A DNA stretch of 64,000 bases from a virus (lineage: Duplodnaviria > Caudoviricetes), in IMG/VR virus record IMGVR_UViG_3300035199_000417, positions 893 through 64,892 of that record. One strand, written 5' to 3'. Of the stretch, positions 38,404 to 48,200 are shown piece by piece. Made by a program: the position numbers and the translations under genes. The stretch's first letter is position 1. Each line of letters begins with the position of its first letter. The notes beneath the pieces were generated by a model. The model was not told where the DNA came from, did not search any database, and saw nothing but the letters and a program-made list of their open reading frames with translations.

Positions 38404-40742
38404 TAGCTTTTGTCCTTTCTAGAACGACTGGTTGTTCTAACTGTTCCCGTGACGGACTCCATGGCCCAGCGGCGGTCGCAGTCTGCGTTTTTAAGTCTAA
38501 GTCTGATCCATGTTCCTGTGACCATGGGGTAGTTGGTGTGCTGCATTCCTTCTGTTTCGTGTCCGTACCATACTCCAGTAAATGCTGGCTCTGTTTTGTT
38601 GTTGGCCCTCTCGGCGCTGGAGCCTGTGTACACCTCGTAGTCAACGTCGCCTGATCCGCTGGCCAATGAAGCGTTCAACTTCATCAGCTTGGCCTCCATG
38701 CCCTCTTCCGCTATCTGCGCGAAGAGGTCAACGTGGCTGTCAAACCCCGTGCCGTCTCGCTGGTCGCCTTTGGTTGCATCGTATGTTGAATCGTCCTGAG
38801 CCAAGCGGTGGTCGGGGTGTCTGATATATCCGTCTCTGCATCCGAATAGCGTCCACGATGTCGCGGCTGAGTAGCCCCTTCTCTGGTGGGCTATCCTCGG
38901 CTCGAAATCAGTGCTGGGGAACGTCTGCTCAAAGAAGGCAACGTCGAATTGGTCACCCTTGAACGTGGTCTTCATGTCTACCCAGTAGTGCGTCTTTGCG
39001 TCGGTGGTGGCAGACCTGAGAATGTAGAAGCCCCTCCCGTGAACGTCGGCTTCAAGAACAATGTCGTCCGCTTCATTAAGTAAGTCGTCTGGAATTTTTT
39101 CTCTGGACAGGGATATCGGCGGCGAGCCGCATTGGCCCTGCATTAGGTAGAGACCGTCGTGGCTGAGAAAAACCATGCGATGTCTCTCAAGAAAACACCA
39201 CGCATGTGGGCCGACAATTCCGATGTTTGAGTCCAGCTTCGTTAACACGCCGCCCATGGCGGGGTCTCCTCGACACACCCAGGTCGAGTTTTCAGTGAAC
39301 ACCACTAAGCAGCTATCTGCCCAATCAACGATGCCCGTGACAGGTTCGCTTAACAGACCGGCCTCGGCTGTCGTGAAGATGATGGGCCTGCCCAGGTCTT
39401 GAACATCGTCGGTTAGTTGCCAGTCGCGAGGGTCACCTTGGCGGCTCATGCGAACAACATGCGGAGACGAAGAGTCAACCATGACCATTCGTGATCGCCA
39501 GTTGACTAGAACCTTAGAACCTAGCGGCACAAAACCGTGTCCAGGCTTCGCCTTCCATTGGATTACGTCTCCGCTTCCGTCTGGGTCGATAACCTTGGGG
39601 GCTCTCTGCACGTTGTATGCTACCGTGCTAGCACCGTCGTCGATGTCAATCGCGTAGGTTAAGTCCAGCGTGCTTGCTCCAACGGCCTCGATAGGAACAT
39701 TCATCACGGTGATCGGCCCTGGCCCGCCCTTGGTTGTCTCAGTGTAAGTGATCGTGATGTCTGCTGGAGCGGATGTCGCAAGGGTGTTGGTATACGTTGA
39801 AAGCATCGGCACATCTATGCCTTCTAGGTCGTTTATGAATTTAACATCCATAGTCGTGCCACTGGACAATACATCGCTACCAGAACCGTATGTGCCACCG
39901 CCAAGGCTAACCACACAATTGCCCTTTCCTATACCAGGGAGGCCACATAGCTGAAAGCCGATAGCCTCCGCTGTATCCGTCACCGCAATGGCTTTACTTC
40001 TCCTGCCCCAGTAACCGGAGAATCTTCGCTGGTATGCCCACATGCTGTACTTGGGATCAACTTGAGGCGTGACAACTTGCTGGCGGGGGCCGAAAGAGAA
40101 ACTAACAGTTCCACTGGCCGGTACGCCACTCAGGGTGACACGCTGTATCTCCTGCACAGGGGTTCCCTGTGTCTGAATCATTAGGGCGTGTTTTTCTACG
40201 TCAACCAGTGGGGGAATACCAGAAGTGAAACCGGCCCCAGCGGACTTGGTCACCCTACTGCCAGCACTACCCTTGCTGGTGGCCGATAGGTCGGTTCCCG
40301 TAATTACGGGTGTTCCCCAGTCGGCAATGTATAGCTTGCCCGCAAACTCAGCCGCCATCAGGAGAACGTCGTCTGCGATGATACCGGCAGGGACTGCGCC
40401 GCCTGTTATCTTACTTAGAGTGGTAACCCCAGTGCCAGAATCCGTTGCCCCCCACCACACCTCTCCGTTAGCGCCAGCAACTACCTTCTCAGTGATGGTG
40501 ACGCCTGGAGTGTTGACGTAGCGGAATGACGACAACAGATTGATGTCGTAGCTTCCTCCTGCAATTTGTGGGGTATAGCCGTCCTTGACGAATGCGGGGC
40601 GGGAGCCGCCTCGCTCTCGCTGCTGGAGTGTATCGTCCGAACGGACGTTAGATGCGGAGGGGGTCGTTAACTCTGGCTGTGCCCCGTGCGGGAGACGCTT
40701 GTTGATGCCCTGTGTTGGAAATGAAAATGTTACTTCTCTCAT
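38403..40742 (-). CDS. tail nozzle / tail tubular B-like protein
   Basis: 779 aa beta-rich; VRMSRQGDPRDW, LVVFTENSTW, IGIVGPHAW, VFLSHDGLY, LFGCRDGYI; downstream of the adaptor. Confidence 0.7.
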   Translation of the reverse strand: MREVTFSFPTQGINKRLPHGAQPELTTPSASNVRSDDTLQQRERGGSRPAFVKDGYTPQIAGGSYDINLLSSFRYVNTPGVTITEKVVAGANGEVWWGATDSGTGVTTLSKITGGAVPAGIIADDVLLMAAEFAGKLYIADWGTPVITGTDLSATSKGSAGSRVTKSAGAGFTSGIPPLVDVEKHALMIQTQGTPVQEIQRVTLSGVPASGTVSFSFGPRQQVVTPQVDPKYSMWAYQRRFSGYWGRRSKAIAVTDTAEAIGFQLCGLPGIGKGNCVVSLGGGTYGSGSDVLSSGTTMDVKFINDLEGIDVPMLSTYTNTLATSAPADITITYTETTKGGPGPITVMNVPIEAVGASTLDLTYAIDIDDGASTVAYNVQRAPKVIDPDGSGDVIQWKAKPGHGFVPLGSKVLVNWRSRMVMVDSSSPHVVRMSRQGDPRDWQLTDDVQDLGRPIIFTTAEAGLLSEPVTGIVDWADSCLVVFTENSTWVCRGDPAMGGVLTKLDSNIGIVGPHAWCFLERHRMVFLSHDGLYLMQGQCGSPPISLSREKIPDDLLNEADDIVLEADVHGRGFYILRSATTDAKTHYWVDMKTTFKGDQFDVAFFEQTFPSTDFEPRIAHQRRGYSAATSWTLFGCRDGYIRHPDHRLAQDDSTYDATKGDQRDGTGFDSHVDLFAQIAEEGMEAKLMKLNASLASGSGDVDYEVYTGSSAERANNKTEPAFTGVWYGHETEGMQHTNYPMVTGTWIRLRLKNADCDRRWAMESVTGTVRTTSRSRKDKS

Positions 40743-40745
40743 GCT

Positions 40746-41087
40746 TCACGTTCCGACCCTGTCTAGCTTTTTCTCGACCTCCTCCAGCTTCTGGTAGATG
40801 ACCTCCTGTTGGATGAGCATCCGCTCTACATCAACACGAAGAGCCTGGATGTCCTTGCCGCTGTCCTTAATGGCACTAGATAAGGAAGTCAGACCATCTA
40901 GCCTGAGCATAATCAAGCGGCGATCCGCGACGTATGGAGACTCGTCGCGGATCGCTTCGCTTACGTCGTCACGGGTAGCCGCTGCCATGGCGGTGTATGT
41001 CAGAAACACCATCCATGACACTAGCCCTGTAATCGTCAACCAGACGATCCTATCCTTCAGGCTACTGAAGTCCATTTCAGTCTCCAA
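40746..41087 (-). CDS. TM plus coiled-coil protein (holin-like)
   Basis: IVWLTITGLVSWMVFLTYTAMA followed by a heptad region ending KLEEVEKKLD. Confidence 0.55.
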   Translation of the reverse strand: METEMDFSSLKDRIVWLTITGLVSWMVFLTYTAMAAATRDDVSEAIRDESPYVADRRLIMLRLDGLTSLSSAIKDSGKDIQALRVDVERMLIQQEVIYQKLEEVEKKLDRVGT

Positions 41088-41093
41088 AGGATA

Positions 41094-41471
41094 TTACGCC
41101 ACTGCTGGGCCATCAGCCTCGGGATACGGGCCGAAGATGCGCCAGCAATAATCACCACTGGAATCTGGGTCTGGAACCGAGACCAGTAGTACCGTTTCGC
41201 CACCAACACGAAACTGAACTACGTTATCGTTGTTTTGATTAAAATCCGTGGTGGCAGTAACGTCCAAGTTCGCAACATGCGTCTTGTACGTCAGTACGAG
41301 AAAGATACCAGATTGCACTGGGTCAGCGAGCGTTCGGCCCGCATCAGCCGCTACGCTAACCAACTCGACAACCGCAGGATTGCGGTCGATTGAGATTGTA
41401 CCGCCAGAACCTGGGTCTTCCACCGTGGTGTCTGCGAGATAGTTGTCAGTTAAAGCTCTATGGCCTGACAT
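41094..41471 (-). CDS. small virion protein (hypothetical)
   Basis: GGAGG RBS, beta-rich, in the tail operon. Confidence 0.6.
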   Translation of the reverse strand: MSGHRALTDNYLADTTVEDPGSGGTISIDRNPAVVELVSVAADAGRTLADPVQSGIFLVLTYKTHVANLDVTATTDFNQNNDNVVQFRVGGETVLLVSVPDPDSSGDYCWRIFGPYPEADGPAVA

Positions 41472-41504
41472 AATTTTCCTCCATGAAAATAAAGAGTTAG
41501 TGTG

Positions 41505-41900
41505 TTATTCGGAACTGGCGTCTTCCTGATAGCCAGTTACTGTTATTGTTAACGATCCTGCACTTGGAAGGGCTTCGCTGCTAAATGTAAGGTCTTCATC
41601 CTTTGCACCGTATCCAATGATCCCCTGGCCGTTGCCAATTACGATAGTGCCGCTAGTGACACCTGGACCGTCAAAGGCAACAGAGCTAGAACTGCCAGTA
41701 GCACCGGCAACTGTTATTGTTCCAAAACCCACCTTGATATCTATGCCAGCACTAACCTCTAAGGTTATCCGCAGCGAGGTGAGAACAACTCTACTCCCGC
41801 CCTGTGGATCGAAGAGTACGGTGCTGGACTGGGCATCGCCACTCGTATAAAGGACGCGATACGTCCGCATAAATGTTGCGGCTGGGAGGTTATAGTGCAT
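41505..41900 (-). CDS. small beta-sandwich virion protein (hypothetical)
   Basis: 131 aa, S/T/G/V-rich. Confidence 0.6.
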   Translation of the reverse strand: MHYNLPAATFMRTYRVLYTSGDAQSSTVLFDPQGGSRVVLTSLRITLEVSAGIDIKVGFGTITVAGATGSSSSVAFDGPGVTSGTIVIGNGQGIIGYGAKDEDLTFSSEALPSAGSLTITVTGYQEDASSE

Positions 41901-41910
41901 GGTAGATTCC

Positions 41911-42276
41911 TTATGCCTCTATGAGCAGGTATTCGATGATGACATTGCCGGTGTTAGCGATCACGAATGGCGCGGTGGCATCGGCGGCGAAGCGGAACAG
42001 AGCGAACTCGCCAGCATTGATCCTGATGAGATCGGCTACCCCTGTGGCCTGCCGAACCTCGACGTAGTTGGTTGAATCGAGGTTCTTAATCAGACAGAGA
42101 CCGGGGGTTCCAGCGTCGAGCATGCCGAGTGCCTCTTCGCCAGTGCCGACAGTCTGGGTTCTGTGGGTGATGTCCCCACCAGACATATCAATAGAGAGGC
42201 CAACCTTTGCTAACTTGTCGGTGACGCCGTCCTTGGTTACCTGTAGAGAGCCGCTAACAGTAATTTCTTCGGCCAT
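41911..42276 (-). CDS. small virion protein (hypothetical)
   Basis: GGAGG RBS; LIKNLDSTNYVEV...INAGEFALF. Confidence 0.65.
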   Translation of the reverse strand: MAEEITVSGSLQVTKDGVTDKLAKVGLSIDMSGGDITHRTQTVGTGEEALGMLDAGTPGLCLIKNLDSTNYVEVRQATGVADLIRINAGEFALFRFAADATAPFVIANTGNVIIEYLLIEA

Positions 42277-42290
42277 CCTTGGCCTCCTTT

Positions 42291-45200
42291 TTATGGTGAG
42301 TATCCTGTGTAGGTGACAAGATTAAGATCGGCGTCGTGAATGTCGTTGATAAACTGGTCACTCGGCCTGTCCGATCCGTCGTAATCCCGACCAAGTGTGT
42401 CCGGGCTGGATAGTTGTCTGTCATAGCTAATAGATGCCTGAAGACACTGCATGTACGGCATCTCATGCGGGCTTCGAGGCATCTTCATAAATAGATCGGC
42501 AGACATGAGGCAAGCCTCTAACAGCGTCTGCGTATGGGGCTGCCCCCCTAATGGGTGTTCCTGGTCCTGAACGATAAATCTGGGGTTCGTTTCATACCGA
42601 TAGTGTAACGTGTAAGCCTGATCTGGCACAGGATATAGAAGGATTTCATATCGAGTTCCAGAAAATTCCCCACCAATTATGGGTCGAATCGCAAAATACC
42701 GAGTTCTTCCGGTGTGGTCACCGGCCTGTCGTAGCTGCTCGATCTGTGATTCAGATATCTCCTCGACGTGTGGATAGAGAACCGCAGAGCCAGGGGCGAA
42801 GTGCATGGGGCCATTGAAGGTTCCGAAATCGTCAGGCAGATCGTAAGCGTATGTGTCAGCAATACATTTGAATGTTTGCTTCGGATACAAAAAGCTCCAG
42901 CGGTGCATCTCCCTTTCGTTGGGGAGAACCATCGGGTAATAGAACCTTCTCAGGCCGTCCATGACCGCTTGTTCAATCTGGGACTTCTCGTCATGTGTCC
43001 AGCCTCCTGGGTTGGGCTTTGAATACATAGCGTGGCCAACACGTCTCAGCAGCCCCTTACGGTTTAAGGTCAGGTCTTCCGGGGTATCCTCGATGGGCCA
43101 TATTTTCGCGGCGTACAAACCGGATGCCGCGCCCAGGGCGGCGTCACCAAACTTGCTGTCCCGATTGATTGAAGCTGCTAGGCATCTCTGAAATTCCGCT
43201 TCGTGGGGCCCGGTTTTATCCAGGAACCGATCCGCAGCCCACAGGCATGATTCCAAAATCGTTGTCGAGTGTAGCCGAGAGCCGTATGGGTAGGCGTTCT
43301 CATCATTGATAAAGCCTGGAATAACGTCGTACTGATACCTTAGCGTGTGGGCGGCAGTGGGTTTGGGATAGAAAACAATCTCGTAAATCTGTTGGAACCC
43401 TGCACTGACGACCTTGGGCCTGATGGCACAATACGATGGCTCCGTAGCGGTTTGGGCCAGGGTACTCCTGAGACTCCTCAAGTCCTCCTCTGTCACTAAC
43501 TTGATTGGAGCCTGGGTTCCTGAATCAAATGTGATTGTATCGGATACCAGACCGCCAAAATCCACAGGTAGATCATACGTGTCAGTGTTGGCGGCTGTTA
43601 CCAAGGAAGCGTTCGGACTCAGAAAACTCCAAGAGTGCCCTTCGGCTCCCTTTACCGGCGTATACCAATAGAAGTTAGTCAAGCCGGTAATCAATATCTG
43701 TTCTAAGCGGCTCGTCTCGTCGTGGCTCCAGGAGCCAGAATTGGGCTTGCCGAAAACATGGTGACCAAGTCGCTTCAGCAAGCCAGCCCTGTCAAACGCA
43801 AGATCACTGATCGGGTCTTCTATGGGCCAAACCCTGCCACTGTCCCCATCAGAAAGCGAGATATCCCTCTGGATAGAAGCAGCTAGGTTTTTTTGAAACT
43901 CCGCTTCGTGGATTCCGGTCTCTCCGAGCATTTTGTCGGAGGCGGCAAGACAGGACTCCAAAATCGTAATTGAGTGGAGCCGAGAGCCACGGGGGAAGGT
44001 GTCACTCTCGTTAATAAACCCCGGAATAACATCATATTCATATTTAAGAGTGTGTCCCGCCGTTGGGCTCGGGTAGAAGGAGACCTCATAAATCTGTTGA
44101 AAGCCTTCGCTGGGCTCCTTGAGTCTGATGGAACAATACGATGGCTCCGCAGCCGTCTGGGCCAGCGTCCCCTTAAGAGTCCGCAGTTCCCTCTCCGTCA
44201 CTAATTTAACGGGGGCCTGGGTTCCTGAAGTGAAGGTAAACCCGTCTAGCCTTAGCCCCCCAAAATCTGATGGGAGATCGTAGGTAGATGTGCTGGCAAC
44301 AATTGACAACGAGGCGCTGGGCCGCAAAAAGCTCCAGGAATGGGACGGGCCACCTTCGGGAGAAGTGTACCAATAAAAGTTATTGAGCCCAGTCGCCAGG
44401 GCTAGGTCTACCCGTCTCTTTTCGTCGTGACTCCACGATCCTGGATTGGGTTTATTAAAAAGCCGGTCTCCCAACCTCTGCTGAAGGTCCGCCCTATTAA
44501 GGCTTAACCCCGTGTCAACGGGCTTTATGGGCCAAATATGGGAATCCCCCCCGGTGGGAAGGGCCACGTCCCTCTGAATGGAGGCTATTAGGTGCTTCCG
44601 AAACTCCGCTTCATGGGCCCCAGATTCTCCCAGAATCTTTTCGGATGCCGCCAGACAGGCTTCTAAAATGGTGATCGAATGAAGCCTGGAACCGCGAGGA
44701 AATCTATCCTGTTTATCTATGAAATCTGGAATAACGTCGTATTCATATTTCAAGGTATGAGCGGCAGTAGGGCTCGGGTAAAAAGACACCTCGTAAATCT
44801 GCTGGAATCCTGCACTGGGCTCCTTGAGCCGAATCGAGCAGTACGAAGGCTCATTGGCCGACTGGGACAAGGTGCCCCTGAGTGTTCTCAGTTCCTCTTC
44901 GGTCACCAGCTTGATAGGTGCCTGGGCACCGGATTCAAACGTAAAGCCCCCCAGACGCAAGCCGCCGAAGTCGGTGGGCAAGTCATAGGTGGAAGTATCG
45001 GCAGCAACTGACAACGAGGCGGAGGGGCGCAGAAAACTCCAGGTATGGGCCTCGGCCCCTTCCGGGGGTGTGTACCAGTAGAAGTCATTGAGCCCGGTTG
45101 CCAGGGCTAGGTCTACCTGTTTCCTTTCGTCGTGGCTCCACGATCCTGGATTGGGAAGATCGAACATCTGCTGGCCGATCCTCTGGAGCAGACCGTCCCG

Positions 45201-48200
45201 GTCTATGCCTAGTGTCTCTGTGTCGGGCCCTATCGGCCAGATACCGGCGGCACCCGTGTCCCCCTCTGAAAACTTCTTGTCGCGGAGGATTGATGAGACC
45301 AGACATTTCTGAAATTCCGCTTCGTGTGTGCCCTTCTCGCCAAGAAACTCGTCAGCGGAAAACAGACACGCTTCTAGGATCGTTGTCGAATGCAGACGCG
45401 ATCCGTATGGATAAATGTTTGAACTATCAATGAAATTAGGAATTATGCTGTAGCGATACCGCAGCGTATGGCTGGCAGTTGGCTCTGGATAGAAGATTGC
45501 CTGATACACCTGTTCAGAGCCCGCGCTTGTGACTTTCGGCCTAATTGCACAGTAGGACGGAGCGGTAGCGGTCTGGGCCAGCGTCCCGCGAAGAGTCTGA
45601 AGTTCACTCTCAGAAACCACTCTGATGGGGGCCTGGGTTCCTGAATCAAACGTGAACTCTTTGGAATGGAGACCACCAAAATCCGCAGGTAGGTCATAAG
45701 CCGATGCACCGGACACGATAGATAGATTCTTACTCGGATTCAGAAAACTCCAGTCGTGTTCCCCTGTCCCTTCGGTGGGAGTAAACCAATAAAATCTACT
45801 CAGCCCCGCAACCATAATTTGATCCAGGCGGCGCTGCTCGTCGTGGCTCCAAGAACCTGGATTGGGCTTGTCAAAAACATGATGGCCCAATCGCTGAAGC
45901 AGACTGTCCCGATCAAAAGTTAGGCTTGTACGGGCATCCTCTATCGGCCATGCGCGGCTGGTCCTGGCTATGGACAAAAACTTCTGGTCGCGGCGGATAG
46001 AAGCGACTAGGCACTTCTGAAACTCCGCCTCATGGTTAACCGGCCCCTCAAGACCAAGCTCGCGTTGAGCGGAGGCGAGGCATGATTCCAGGATCGCCAT
46101 CGAGTACATCCGCGAGCCTAGAGGATAGACGTTGTCGTTGTCTATGAAGCCAGGGATAACTGAATAGCGGTACTTCAGAGTGTGGGCAGCGGTCGGCTTA
46201 GGATAGAAAACAACCTCATGGACTTGCTCGAAGCCCTCGCTAACGGCCTTCGGCCTGATAGCGCAGTACGATGGCTCGGAAGCCGTCTGTGCGAGAGTCC
46301 CCCTGATGGCACGAAGCTCCTCCTCGGACACTAACTTAACGGGGGCCTCTGTGCCAGAATCGAATGTGAACTCTCCAGACTCCAAGCCGCCAAAGTCCAC
46401 GGGCAGATCGTAAGTGTCGGTGCTGGCTAATAGCGACAGCTTCGCAGCGGGCTTCAGAAAACTCCACGAATGCGATTCGTCAGACCCTTCTGGCGACGTG
46501 TACCAATAGAAATTACTGAGACCATTAACTAATATCTGCTCAACTATGCTTTTCTCGTCGTGCGTCCAGGAACCGGGGCTTGGCTTATCAAAGGCAAGCG
46601 ACCCGATGCGTTGTCTCAGTCTAAACCTGTCCAGAGTTAAGCCAGTGGGCATCTCGTCCATTGGCCAGATGTGGGCGCGGTTCCCCTCATCAGAAAGTCC
46701 TCGGTCTCGGTAAATTGAGGCCACTAGGGCTTTCTGAAACTCTGCCTCCTGGGGGCCGGGGGCTCCAGCAATCTGGTCGGCTGCTGCCAGACACGCTGCC
46801 AGGATAGTTGCGGAATGCAGGCGAGAGCCATACGGGAAGACATCCGTGTCATCTATTAGCCCCGGAATGACGCTATAGCGGTATCTCAGCGTATTGGCAG
46901 CGGTAGGCGACGGGTAGAAGACTGCCTCGTAAAACTGTTCAAACCCATCAACGGTAACCTTCGGCCTAATGGCACAATACTGGGGCTCCGTAGCAGTCTG
47001 AGCGAGGGTACTCTGGATAGTCCTTAGCTCTTCTTCGGTAACCAGCTTTACAGGTGTTTTATTCCCGGTCTCAAATGTAAAGCCGTTCGAATAAATACCA
47101 CCAAAGTCAGCGGGGAGAGCGTATGTGTCCGTGTTGGCAATTAACTCACAGTATGCGGTGGGTTTTAGAAAGCTCCACGAATGCTGTTCGCCTCCCTCTG
47201 GCGGCGTGTGCCAATAAAATGAACTCAAGCCAGCAACCAGGGCCTGTTCTACTTTCCGCGACTCGTCGTGACTCCAAGAGCCTGGGTTGGGCTTAGTAAA
47301 AAGTCTCTCGCCAATCCTCTGCCGAAGGTCTAGTCTGTTGAGGCTTAGTCCCGTGTCGTCAGGCTTTGTGGGCCAAATGTGTTCAGTCTCCCCAGTAGGG
47401 ATACCACCATCCCTCCGAATGGACGCCATTAGTTTCTTCTGAAACTCCGCTTCGTGCGCCCCAGGTTCTCCACCACTCCGTTCGCCTGCTGCTAGGCAGG
47501 ATTCTAAAATGGTATCTGAGTGAACCCTGGAGCCGCGAGGGTATATGTCCTGCTCATCTATAAACCCCGGAATAACATCGTATTCGTATTTCAGGGTATG
47601 AGCGGCAGTAGGGCTCGGATAGAAAGACGCTTCATAGATTTGTTGAAAGCCCTCACTCTGCTCCTTGAGCCTGATCGAGCAATATGAGGGTTCAGTTGCA
47701 GATTCAGCCAGAGTGCCCCTAAGCGTTCTCAGTTCTCCCTCTGATACCAACTTAATGGGGGCCTGTGTCCCAGATTCAAACGTGAATCCCCCTAGACGCA
47801 GGCCACCGAAGTCTACTGGCAAGTCATAGGTAGACGTGTTGGCAACAAGCGACAACGAAGCGGATGGCCTCAGAAAACTCCAGGTGTGGGTCTCTCCGCC
47901 CTCTGGTGGCGTGTACCAGTAAAATGAAGACAAACCAGCAACCAGAACCCGCTCTACTTCCTTGGTTTCGTCGTGACTCCATGAGCCTGGATTGGGCTTG
48001 TTAAAAAGCTGGTTACCAAGTCTCTGCCGAAGGTCTGACCGATCAAGGGTTAAGTCATCCTGCGGGTCTTCAATCGGCCAGATGTTAGCGCCTTCGGCCC
48101 CGTCCGAAAACTCCTGGTCTCGACTGATCGAGGAAGCGAGACACCTCTCAAACTCGGCCTGATGATTGACGCCTCCTTCCTCCTCTGTCTCTAAGAACTT

